A DNA stretch of 64,000 bases from Chloroflexota bacterium. Its GTDB lineage: Bacteria > Chloroflexota > UBA6077 > CF-72. Where the stretch lies: assembly GCA_036506475.1 (NCBI GenBank), contig DASXRR010000450.1:913-64912 (forward strand), given 5' to 3'. Below the pieces are notes generated by a model that saw only the letters and a list, made by a program, of their open reading frames with translations, was not told the origin of the DNA and searched no databases. How positions within the stretch are numbered: the stretch's first letter is position 1; every line of letters begins with the position of its first letter. The position numbers and the translations under genes are program-made. Positions 47,740-55,812 of the stretch are shown piece by piece.

Positions 47740-48146
47740 GCGACGCGCTCGCCCAGTGCTCGGGCGTGAGCGAGGTGGAGCTCGCCGAGGTGCTGGCGCT
47801 CGTCGCCGGCACGGATATCGTCGAGCTCGAGCTCACGTTTGGCGCAAGCCGGGTCACCGTGCGCCGTTCAGCCGCCGTCACGGCCCCAGCGCCCCTTCCC
47901 CCAGGTGCACCGCCTGACGCGCTGTCGCTCGCCATCGTCTCGCCCCTGGTCGGCGTCTTTCACCCATCGGTGCACGCGGGCGATGAGGTGACCGCCGGGC
48001 AGGCCATCGGCGCGATCGACTCGCTGGGCATCCCGACGAACGTGGATGCTCCGCAAGCCGGCACCGTCGAAGATGTTCTGGTCGGCGACGGCAGCCCCGT
48101 CGAGTACGGCCAGCCCCTGCTCGTTCTGCGCCGCCCACGCGCGTGA
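47736..48146 (+). CDS. Biotin carboxyl carrier protein (AccB)-like protein lacking the biotinyl-lysine
   Basis: Aligns along its whole length to BCCP. The N-terminal 'VELAEVLALVAGTDIVELEL..G.SRVTVRR', an Ala/Pro linker and 'IVSPLVGVF' are followed by the hairpin region 'GQAIGAIDSLGIPTNVDAPQAGTV', where BCCP has '..EAMKM.N.IEA...G.V'. The protein contains no Lys at all. Confidence 0.7.
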   Translation: MSDALAQCSGVSEVELAEVLALVAGTDIVELELTFGASRVTVRRSAAVTAPAPLPPGAPPDALSLAIVSPLVGVFHPSVHAGDEVTAGQAIGAIDSLGIPTNVDAPQAGTVEDVLVGDGSPVEYGQPLLVLRRPRA

Positions 48147-49321
48147 GTATCTCGCGCTTCGCCCCGTACCAGCACACGGCGCATGTGTACGAGGTGGCCG
48201 AGCTGTCCGAGTACATCGGCAGCGTGCTCGAGGCCGACCCCGTGCTGGAAGACGTCTGGCTGCGTGGCGAGGTCACCAATGTCTCGCGATCGCCCGCCGG
48301 CCACCACTACTTCAACCTGCGCGACGACACGGCCTCGCTGCGCTGTGTCCTGTTCCGAGGGAGCGCCTTCAATTCACCCGTCATGCCCGCCAATGGCCTG
48401 GCGCTCGTCGCCCATGGCAGCGTCCGCTTCTACCCGCGTTATGGCTCGTGCGAGCTGCTGGCGGACCTTCTCTTCCCCGAGGGCGTTAGCGTTAGCCAGC
48501 TCCAATCCGAGATGCTCTATCGCCGCCTCGAGAGCGAGGGCCTATTCGAGCTCAGCCGTAAGCGAGCATTGCCCAGCCTGCCGCAACGCATCGGCGTCGT
48601 CTCGTCGGAGCGCGGCGCCGTTATCCACGACCTGCTGACGGTGCTCGCGCGTCGCTTCCCCTTGACGGAAGTGGTCTTCTTGCCCAGCCCAGTGCAGGGC
48701 CTCGGCGCCGCGGCGGCGATGGTCCGCGCGCTGCACCGGCTCAGCACCTGGCGGCGTGACGGTCGGGGCGTCGACGTGATCGTCCTGGCGCGCGGAGGCG
48801 GCTCGGACGAGGACCTGGCCGCATTCAACGACGAGCGCCTGGCGCGGGCCATCTTCGCCGCGCCGGTTCCGCTGGTGTCGGCAGTTGGGCATGAGACGAA
48901 CCTGACCCTGGCCGATCTAGTCGCCGATCTGCGCGCGCCCACTCCATCGGCCGCGGCCGAGCTGCTCACTCCAGACATTGTCGGCCTGCGCCGCGAGCTG
49001 AGCGCTGTGCGCGGCCGAATGTCGAGCGCCGTCGCGCGTCGCCTCGAGCGCTCCCGTCAGGCCGCGACGTTCGCTAGCGAGCGCCTGTCCCGCCGCGTCC
49101 ATGCACACTTGGTCGGCGCCGCCGATCGCGTGGATGCCAGTGCCGCCCGCCTGCGTGCCCTCAGCCCGGCCAACACGCTTGCCCGTGGCTACGCCATCGT
49201 CCGCGACGGCGACCGCATCGTTCGCGACGCCGCAACGGTGAGCCCGGGTGACTCCCTGCGCGTCCAGTTGCAGCACGGCCACCTGACCAGTACGGTTCAA
49301 GCCGTTGAGCCCCAAACCTGA
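48143..49321 (+). CDS. xseA: Exodeoxyribonuclease VII large subunit
   Basis: Contains 'VSELSEYIGSVLE.D..L.DVWLRGEV.N......GH.YF.L.D', 'IGVV.S..GA.I.D', 'RGGGS.EDL..FN' and 'P.VSA.GHE.'. GTGA overlap with the upstream gene. Confidence 0.9.
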   Translation: MSISRFAPYQHTAHVYEVAELSEYIGSVLEADPVLEDVWLRGEVTNVSRSPAGHHYFNLRDDTASLRCVLFRGSAFNSPVMPANGLALVAHGSVRFYPRYGSCELLADLLFPEGVSVSQLQSEMLYRRLESEGLFELSRKRALPSLPQRIGVVSSERGAVIHDLLTVLARRFPLTEVVFLPSPVQGLGAAAAMVRALHRLSTWRRDGRGVDVIVLARGGGSDEDLAAFNDERLARAIFAAPVPLVSAVGHETNLTLADLVADLRAPTPSAAAELLTPDIVGLRRELSAVRGRMSSAVARRLERSRQAATFASERLSRRVHAHLVGAADRVDASAARLRALSPANTLARGYAIVRDGDRIVRDAATVSPGDSLRVQLQHGHLTSTVQAVEPQT

Positions 49322-49556
49322 ACGCCCGCCGGCCTCCGTCGCGCAGTTCGAGGACGCCTTCGGCGAGCTCCAGCGCGTCATCGAGCAGCTCGAGGATGGT
49401 GGCCTCGGCCTCGAGGAGGCAGTCCGCCTCTTCGAACGCGGCAATGAGCTCGTCCAGGTCTGTCAGCGCATCGTCGATGACGCCGAGCTGCGCGTGACTC
49501 GTCTGGCGGCTGAGTCGGCCGCGCCGCTGACCGACGCCCGCGCTGCCGACGCATAG
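49305..49556 (+). CDS. xseB: Exodeoxyribonuclease VII small subunit
   Basis: TTG start overlapping the end of xseA. Contains 'FEDAFGELQRVIEQLEDGGLGLEEAVRLFERGNEL...C'. Confidence 0.85.
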   Translation: MSPKPERPPASVAQFEDAFGELQRVIEQLEDGGLGLEEAVRLFERGNELVQVCQRIVDDAELRVTRLAAESAAPLTDARAADA

Positions 49557-49563
49557 GCGGCCC

Positions 49564-49998
49564 GTGGATACGCTCGTGGCGAACGATGTCCTCGCCGCGT
49601 GCATCCTCGCCTGGGCTGTCGCCCAGTTCTCCAAACCGCTCATCCACTTCGTCCATACCCGACGCTTCAACTTGCGCTTCTTCGTCTCGGCGGGCGGCAT
49701 GCCGAGCTCACACTCGGCCGTCGTGGTCGCCCTTGCCACGCGGATCGGCGTCGACACCGGGCTGAGCTCCGTGCCCTTCGCACTGGCGGCAGTGTTCGCC
49801 GCCGTGGTGATGTACGACGCGGCCGGCGTGCGGCGTGCCGTCAGCCTGCAGGCGCGCGTGCTGAACCGCATGCTGACCGAGATGATCGAGATGCAGCACT
49901 TCAGCGAGAGCCGCCTGCGCGAGCTGATCGGCCACACTCCGTTTGAAGTGTTTGTCGGCGCTCTGCTGGGCGTCTTGTCCGCGATCAGTCTGCGCTAA
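49564..49998 (+). CDS. Divergent PAP2 / DUF212-family membrane protein (acid phosphatase/vanadium-haloperoxidase-related)
   Basis: Contains 'GGMPSSHSAVV.AL', 'YDAAGVRR..G' and 'L.E..GHTP.EV..GA.LG'. Confidence 0.75.
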   Translation: MDTLVANDVLAACILAWAVAQFSKPLIHFVHTRRFNLRFFVSAGGMPSSHSAVVVALATRIGVDTGLSSVPFALAAVFAAVVMYDAAGVRRAVSLQARVLNRMLTEMIEMQHFSESRLRELIGHTPFEVFVGALLGVLSAISLR

Positions 49999-50542
49999 CG
50001 GGTTCTGCCCGAACCACCCAACGACTCAAGTACATCCTTGTTGATTGATCAAACTCACCACCACAGCTAATCAGCGTCAGCTGCTCCTCAGGTGTCGTCG
50101 GAAAAATCTCATCCAGCGGCGCGGTATCAGCCTCATACAGCCGCGTCCACACCACTGCGTAAGTCCTGCGTGCGCCCTCGTGGTCCGTGACGGAGATCTC
50201 ATCTCCAGGCGTCAACTGCTTCAACCGCCCGAAGACCCGCAGCCGCCCGCCCCAGTCGACATGCCCGTCGAGCAGCATGTTGCCCAATCCGCCCAAGCCC
50301 GGCCCGTCCTGCCACCAGCCGACCGTATCCGGGTCACCCGGCGCTGCCATCGCGCCGTCGTCCTCCAACCCCAGCGGCACAATCGCCGCATGCGTCCCGA
50401 TGCGCGGAATGTCAACCCAAGCCGGCACCGTCCCCAGAACTGGCGGCTCCTCCTGCCCGGCCCAAGCCGTCCCACCCGACAGGACAACCAGCAGCAGCAC
50501 CGCCACCCCCGCCACCGTCGTCGCGCGCGCCACTAGCCGCAC
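49985..50542 (-). CDS. Sortase-family transpeptidase (class F/E-like)
   Basis: N-terminal membrane anchor, 'LLDGHVDW' (catalytic His region), 'LTLISCGG' (TLxTC-type Cys) and a C-terminal 'R' region. The GTG start is at 50542. The 3' end overlaps the DUF212 gene by 14 nt. Confidence 0.8.
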   Translation of the reverse strand: MRLVARATTVAGVAVLLLVVLSGGTAWAGQEEPPVLGTVPAWVDIPRIGTHAAIVPLGLEDDGAMAAPGDPDTVGWWQDGPGLGGLGNMLLDGHVDWGGRLRVFGRLKQLTPGDEISVTDHEGARRTYAVVWTRLYEADTAPLDEIFPTTPEEQLTLISCGGEFDQSTRMYLSRWVVRAEPVSAD

Positions 50543-50657
50543 CCATCTGCCAGCGGGGTCCGGGGCGAAGCCCCGAAATTCTCCCGGAGCTCCTCTCTCG
50601 CAAGAGGGATCACTTCCCCGTAAGCGCGTGGTGTGACGGCGGCGTATGCGGCCTGTG

Positions 50658-51341
50658 TCAGACCCCTACCGCGGCGGTGACCGCGACCACGTTGTCGAGA
50701 TCGAACACCATCATCCGATTGCGCTGCCGACAGGTACCAATGACATGCCATGACTTGAGATAAGGAAACAGTACTTCGGGTTGCACGATCGGCTCCTGAA
50801 TCGACGACACCGGATCCCCCGCCGGGTAGTGCAGCTTCACGTAACTCTTGCGCAGCAAAGCGTCGGCCAAAGCCGCGAAGATCTCGTGCTGCCGCCCCCC
50901 GCGATCCGACGCGTTGGCCGCCTCCAGAGTCTTGGCCACCAGGGGCCGCAGATGCAGCGGAAAGAGGTACGGCAGCTTGACCATCAACGACCGCAAGCGG
51001 TCAATGGGCAGCGAAGGGTCGTTCGCGGCCCGCCGCAGTAGCATCAGCAGCAGCTGCGCTTCCGCCAGCGAGAACGCCGGTCCGGTATCAGCGCCGTCGG
51101 TCACAAACCGGTAGCCCTGCCGCCGCACCAACGGCAGGCCCATTTCTCGCCGGATGACGTTGAGGTCAGCCTGCACCTGACGCTCGCTTAGCGCGAACTG
51201 GGCTGCGAGCTCCTTGCGACTCTTGCCAGGGGCACGCGCGATGTCTTCGACGAGCTGCCAGATGCGTCGGAAACGCTCGGCAGCCAGGCGCTTGTGGTCT
51301 CCAAAACCATTACTGAGTACGTCGTAGTCATCGTCAGACAT
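50658..51341 (-). CDS. HTH + WYL-domain transcriptional regulator (YafY-like)
   Basis: ATG 51341 gives 'MSDDDYD...'. The HTH is 'SRKELAAQFALSERQVQADLNVIR'. The C-terminal 'VKLHY.......EPIVQPEVLFPYLKSWHVIGTC' has a WYL-domain pattern. The upstream extension to 51611 is compositionally off. Confidence 0.75.
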   Translation of the reverse strand: MSDDDYDVLSNGFGDHKRLAAERFRRIWQLVEDIARAPGKSRKELAAQFALSERQVQADLNVIRREMGLPLVRRQGYRFVTDGADTGPAFSLAEAQLLLMLLRRAANDPSLPIDRLRSLMVKLPYLFPLHLRPLVAKTLEAANASDRGGRQHEIFAALADALLRKSYVKLHYPAGDPVSSIQEPIVQPEVLFPYLKSWHVIGTCRQRNRMMVFDLDNVVAVTAAVGV

Positions 51342-51457
51342 CAGGGTTCGGGACGGAGAAATGGACAGCCGCGCCACAGTACCACGGCATGTCAAGACAA
51401 CTGAGCCAGGCGTTATCGCGGGAAATGAGCCTGCGCGGAGGGGCCGCCCGGTGCCAC

Positions 51458-51483
51458 GCGGTAGGGGCTCGCGCGGGTAGGGG
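51458..51483. promoter_or_regulatory. Direct repeat GCGGTAGGGG / GCGGGTAGGGG in the divergent intergenic region between the WYL regulator and the GT-C-like gene (candidate operator)
   Basis: GGTAGGGG occurs at 51460-51467 and 51476-51483, 16 bp apart. The operator role is inference only. Confidence 0.2.
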
Positions 51484-51619
51484 TCCAGTCTAGCAACCGC
51501 CGCGCTCGACTCCGCAAGGGCCAGGTGACCAGGTTTCGCGCGCTCTCCGGTGCCGGCAACAGTTTCGCCGGCGTTTGACCATCCGATAGTTCGGCACACC
51601 GCCTGCGGCACGTCGAGCC

Positions 51620-52858
51620 GTGGCGACCGCGCCCTTGGCCGTCTTCGCCCTGGCCGTAGCGCTGCGCCTCGCTGTCGGTCTCGTCTTGATCACCAACGGC
51701 TCCGAGTCGTATGTGCTGTCGAGCGACGACGGCGACGCCTATGTCGCCAGCGCCCGCTGGGCCGCATTCGGCGAACCCATCGAGATGACCGAGCGGCTGG
51801 CTGGCAAGTGGTCCCCCGACGTCAGCCCCGCCGACCGCTGGCCGAGCGGCTACTGGCTGTTCCTGGCCGCCCACTACGCGGTATTCGGCTTCCAGCACCT
51901 GACGCCGCTGGTTGTGCAGGCGCTGCTGGGCGGCGCCGGCGCATGGGCCGCCTACTCCATCGCCAGCCGTCTTCTTGCGCCACTCTGGCCCGCGGTCGCT
52001 GGCGCGCTCGTCGCAGCATCGTCCACCCTCGTCTACCTGAGCGCCACGCTCAGCGCCGAAGCCCTGTACGTCCCACTCCTCCTCGTCGCCCTGGAGCTCC
52101 TGCTGCGTCGCGGCCCGCGCGCCGCCGTCCTCTCAGGCGCCCTGTTCGCCCTCGCCCAAGTGACCCGCCCACTCGCCCTGCCTGTGTTTGTCCTTGCGCT
52201 AGCTTGGCGCGCCCGAACCCCAAGCCACGCCGCCGCCCTGCTCGCCGGCTTCGCTCTCACCCTCGCTCCCTTTCTCGCCGCCTTCGGCTCCCAGGCAGTG
52301 TTCACCGCCGGCGGTGAAGCCGCCTTCCACGACACCGGCGTCGGCCACCTGGCCCAGGACCTCGTCGTCCAGGGGGTCGACCCCTACCACCGCGGCTTCG
52401 GCCCATCCATCGTCGCCGCCATCAGCAACCCCCTCCCAGTCGCCGCCGCCGTCCTCAGCGCCGTCCCCGAACGCTTGAACATCCAATTCCTGACCGGCGG
52501 CTGGGCTCCCATAGCCGAGCCCGCTCTGTCCGCAACCCCTGCCGCCATCGCCATCCCCGTGCGCGCGTTGATCTGGCTCCTGGCCGCCCTCGGCCTGGCC
52601 CGCCTGCTCCGTGACCCAGCAACCCGCGCCGCGGCCACCCTCCTCGCCCTGACCGTGCTCGCGATCGTCCTACCGCCGCTCGTCGCCGGCCTACCCCTGG
52701 TCCGCTACCGAGCCCCCGCCGACCCCATCTTTCTGCTCTTTCTGACCGCCTCGCTGCACCAGCTCAGCCAACAATGGCCCACGACGAGCCGCGCGCCCGC
52801 CCCCAGATCAAAACTCCCCAGGCCATCGCGCGAAGCCGCCGTCATACATCGCGAGTGA
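51620..52858 (+). CDS. Multi-pass membrane protein, GT-C-fold (GT39/GT83-like) glycosyltransferase candidate
   Basis: At least 9 hydrophobic helices. An acidic 'SSDDGDAY' motif sits in the first extracytoplasmic loop, as in ArnT/PMT-type enzymes. No stricter motif was checked. Confidence 0.5.
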   Translation: MATAPLAVFALAVALRLAVGLVLITNGSESYVLSSDDGDAYVASARWAAFGEPIEMTERLAGKWSPDVSPADRWPSGYWLFLAAHYAVFGFQHLTPLVVQALLGGAGAWAAYSIASRLLAPLWPAVAGALVAASSTLVYLSATLSAEALYVPLLLVALELLLRRGPRAAVLSGALFALAQVTRPLALPVFVLALAWRARTPSHAAALLAGFALTLAPFLAAFGSQAVFTAGGEAAFHDTGVGHLAQDLVVQGVDPYHRGFGPSIVAAISNPLPVAAAVLSAVPERLNIQFLTGGWAPIAEPALSATPAAIAIPVRALIWLLAALGLARLLRDPATRAAATLLALTVLAIVLPPLVAGLPLVRYRAPADPIFLLFLTASLHQLSQQWPTTSRAPAPRSKLPRPSREAAVIHRE

Positions 52859-52901
52859 CGCTGCGTCGGCGGACCTCGCAGCTGTTCTCGAACTGCCATA
52901 C

Positions 52902-53225
52902 GTGACCGCCCGGCGCCGCCGCCAGACGCGCGACGGGCAGACACTCGGCACCGAGGGAGCCTCAACCGTGGTCGGTTTGGGCTGGGCCGCGCTCGGCCTG
53001 TCCGTGCTTGGCATCATCGGCGGCGCGCTCGCGTTGGCAAAACCGCGACTCGCCGGGCTGCTGTTGCTGATCGCTGGCATCGGCGGCACGATTTCGATTT
53101 CGCTCGCCTATGTGGTGGCCGGTCCACTACTTGTGATCGGCGGCATCCTTGCCCTGGTCGGCGGGCGAAGGAAGAGCGCCACGCGCCAAGCGACGCCAGC
53201 CGCCACGCAACCTTCGACCGCCTGA
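52902..53225 (+). CDS. Small Gly/Leu/Ile-rich membrane protein (2-3 TM helices), unknown function
   Basis: Contains 'VVGLGWAALGLSVLGIIGGALALA...LLLLIAGIGGTISISLAYVVAGPLLVIGGILALVGG'. The start is uncertain: GTG 52902, or GTG 52968 preceded by GAGGGAG. Confidence 0.4.
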   Translation: MTARRRRQTRDGQTLGTEGASTVVGLGWAALGLSVLGIIGGALALAKPRLAGLLLLIAGIGGTISISLAYVVAGPLLVIGGILALVGGRRKSATRQATPAATQPSTA

Positions 53226-53304
53226 GGTCCCGCCAGCCTGGGGAGGATGGCGTGCGAGCCGCCGCCGCTGCGACGCGCGCGATCCGCGCTACGATGCCTG
53301 CTCG

Positions 53305-53811
53305 ATGCCCCAGGTCGACGTGCTGGTCGAGTTGTTTCGCCACAATTCGATGATGAATCGGCGGCTCCTCGATGCGTGCCGCCCACTGACGGTTGAACAG
53401 CTCGCCGCAACGGCCACGGGAACGTACGGCAGCATCGGCGCCACCCTGGTGCACATCGCCAACGCGCAGCTCGGCTACGCCGCGCGCCTGCTGGACGTCG
53501 ACCGCCCCGAGCGGCTAGCGGAAGATCCATTCCCGGGTTTTGAGGTGCTGGTCGAGCGACTCGCAGTGGGCGATGCACAACTCGAGAAGGCGGCAGCCCA
53601 GGCGGCCACCGATCGGCAGGTCCAGGTCACCGGCGACGACCCACCCGGCACATGGTCCATGCCCGTGTCGCTCTTCCTGCTCCAGGCGATCAACCACGGA
53701 ACCGAGCACCGCTCACAGGTGGCCACCATCTTGAGCCAGCTCGGTGTCGAGCCGCCCGAGATGGACGGCTGGTCCTACTTTCTCGCAGCCGGCCACATGC
53801 AGCCGGCCTAG
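53305..53811 (+). CDS. DinB-family (four-helix-bundle, metal-binding) protein
   Basis: Contains 'LFRHNSMMNRRLLDAC..L...QL', 'GSIGATLVHI' and 'INHGTEHRSQV', the His triad pattern of the DinB/YfiT superfamily. Confidence 0.75.
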   Translation: MPQVDVLVELFRHNSMMNRRLLDACRPLTVEQLAATATGTYGSIGATLVHIANAQLGYAARLLDVDRPERLAEDPFPGFEVLVERLAVGDAQLEKAAAQAATDRQVQVTGDDPPGTWSMPVSLFLLQAINHGTEHRSQVATILSQLGVEPPEMDGWSYFLAAGHMQPA

Positions 53812-53846
53812 CACCGATCGGCGCACCACACGCGCCAGCACGAAAG

Positions 53847-53919
53847 CGACCCCGGACAGACTCGAACTGTCGGCCTCTACCTCCGCAGGGTAGCGCTCTA
53901 TCCACTGAGCTACGGGGTC
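53847..53919 (-). tRNA. tRNA-Arg, anticodon GCG
   Basis: Manual cloverleaf: acceptor GACCCCG/CGGGGTC, D-arm GCTC-AGTGGATA-GAGC, anticodon arm CTACC-CTGCGGA-GGTAG, variable AGGCC, T-arm GACAG-TTCGAGT-CTGTC, discriminator G. CCA is not encoded. Confidence 0.85.
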
Positions 53920-54033
53920 GGGGGAAGCAGCACCGAATCTTACCACGGCCGGGCCATCAAACGGGCCATGCGTACGGGCAGGAGCCCCGGAACGCTCCAT
54001 GCTACAGTGAAGCCTACTTGCAGGAGGATGCCG

Positions 54034-55803
54034 ATGACGTCGTCCGTGGACGAGTGGGTTGACGAGGTCGCGCGCACCACGCATCCAGACAAGGTGGTCT
54101 GGTGCGATGGCAGCGAGGCCGAGAATGAGCGCTTGATCGAGCAGATGCTCGATGACCAAACGCTCATCAGGCTGAACGAGCAAGCGCTGCCCAACTGCTA
54201 CCTGCATCGCTCCAACCCACAGGACGTCGCGCGCACCGAGCACCTCACCTACATTTGCACCGACGACCCACACGACGTCGGGCCAACCAATAACTGGATG
54301 TCGCCCGGCGAGGCACACGACAAGGTCTGGCCGCTGTTCAAGGACAGCATGAAAAACAGGACGATGTACGTCGTCCCGTACCTGATGGGCCCGGCGGCCT
54401 CGCCGTACGCCAAGGTGGGCGTCGAAATCACCGACAGTCCGTACGTCGTCGCGAACATGCGCATCATGACCCGCATGGGCCAGGTCGCTACTGACCGACT
54501 GGCGGCGGGCACCACGGATTGGGTGCCCGGCCTGCATTCGCTGGGCGACCTCAGCCCCGAACGTCGGTTCATCATGCACTTCCCCGATCGACGCACCATC
54601 TGGAGCGTCGGCTCGGGCTACGGCGGCAACGCCCTGCTGGGCAAGAAATGCCTCGCGCTGCGCATCGCCTCGACGATGGGCAAACAGCAAGGCTGGCTCG
54701 CCGAACACATGCTCATCCTCGGCCTCGAGTCGCCCGACGGCGACCTGACCTATATCGCCGGTGCCTTCCCGAGCGCCTGCGGTAAGACCAATCTAGCCAT
54801 GCTCAAGAGTCCGTTCGAGCATGAAGGCTGGAAGGTCTGGACCATCGGCGAGGACATCGCCTGGATCAATATCGGGCCCGATGGTCGCTTCTGGGCGATC
54901 AACCCGGAGAGTGGCTACTTCGGCGTCGCGCCCGGCACCAATCGCAAGACCAATCCGAACGCGATGGACGCCGTCAGCCGCAATTCGATCTTCACTAACG
55001 TCGCGGTCACCGACGACGGCAACGCCTGGTGGGAGGGCATGGACGGCCCCGTGCCCGAGCACCTGATTGATTGGCAAGGCCGCCCCTGGACACCAAAGTC
55101 GGGCACCAAGGCGGCCCATCCGAACTCCCGCTTCACCACCCCGGCGACCCAGAATCCGGTCATCTCGAAGCACTGGGAGGATCCGCAAGGCGTCCCGCTC
55201 AGCGCGATCCTGTTCGGCGGCCGCCGTGCACGCACCGTACCGCTGGTCTACCGTTCGTTCGACTGGGAGCACGGTGTCTTTCTCGGCGCCACCATGGCCT
55301 CGGAAACTACCGCGGCGGCCACGGGCGCCGTCGGGGTGGTCAGGCGCGATCCAATGGCGATGCTGCCATTCTGCGGCTACAACATGGCTGACTACTGGGG
55401 CCACTGGCTGGAGATGGGCCGCCGCGCGTCGAATCCGCCCGCCATCTTCCAGGTCAACTGGTTCCGCACCGACGATCAGGGGCGCTACATCTGGCCGGGC
55501 TTCGGCGAGAACATGCGTGTGCTGCGCTGGGTGCGCGAGCAGGTCCGCGGCTCACGCAACGGCACGCCGACGGGACACGAAACCCCCGTGGGCGTCGTGC
55601 CCACGCCTGAAGCGATCGGCGCCAAAGACCTCGGTCTTTCCAAGAGCGACGCCGAGACACTGTTCGCGGTCGACCGTGAAGATTGGCTGCGCGAGGTTGA
55701 GGACCAGGGCGAATTCCTGCGCAAGTTCGGCGACCGCCTGCCGGACGCTATACGCAGACAGCACCAGGCGCTGCACACCAGGCTCACACCAGTCGCTGTG
55801 TAA
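54034..55803 (+). CDS. pckG: Phosphoenolpyruvate carboxykinase (GTP)
   Basis: Contains 'VVWCDGS', 'RSNP.DVARTE', 'MYVVPY.MGP', 'FPSACGKTNLAML', 'GEDIAW' and 'NWF..D..G.Y.WPGFGEN.RVL.W'. AGGAGG lies 6 nt before ATG 54034 (alternative ATG at 54028). Confidence 0.95.
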   Translation: MTSSVDEWVDEVARTTHPDKVVWCDGSEAENERLIEQMLDDQTLIRLNEQALPNCYLHRSNPQDVARTEHLTYICTDDPHDVGPTNNWMSPGEAHDKVWPLFKDSMKNRTMYVVPYLMGPAASPYAKVGVEITDSPYVVANMRIMTRMGQVATDRLAAGTTDWVPGLHSLGDLSPERRFIMHFPDRRTIWSVGSGYGGNALLGKKCLALRIASTMGKQQGWLAEHMLILGLESPDGDLTYIAGAFPSACGKTNLAMLKSPFEHEGWKVWTIGEDIAWINIGPDGRFWAINPESGYFGVAPGTNRKTNPNAMDAVSRNSIFTNVAVTDDGNAWWEGMDGPVPEHLIDWQGRPWTPKSGTKAAHPNSRFTTPATQNPVISKHWEDPQGVPLSAILFGGRRARTVPLVYRSFDWEHGVFLGATMASETTAAATGAVGVVRRDPMAMLPFCGYNMADYWGHWLEMGRRASNPPAIFQVNWFRTDDQGRYIWPGFGENMRVLRWVREQVRGSRNGTPTGHETPVGVVPTPEAIGAKDLGLSKSDAETLFAVDREDWLREVEDQGEFLRKFGDRLPDAIRRQHQALHTRLTPVAV

Positions 55804-55812
55804 GGAGTTGCG

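Noticed and set aside
53812-54033. Searched the flanks of both tRNA genes (also 63593-63614) for integrase genes, att-like direct repeats of the tRNA 3' end or island boundaries.
   Set aside because: No integrase or recombinase ORF and no repeat of the tRNA 3' segment are visible within the window. Only the HNH ORF next to tRNA-Thr is reported.
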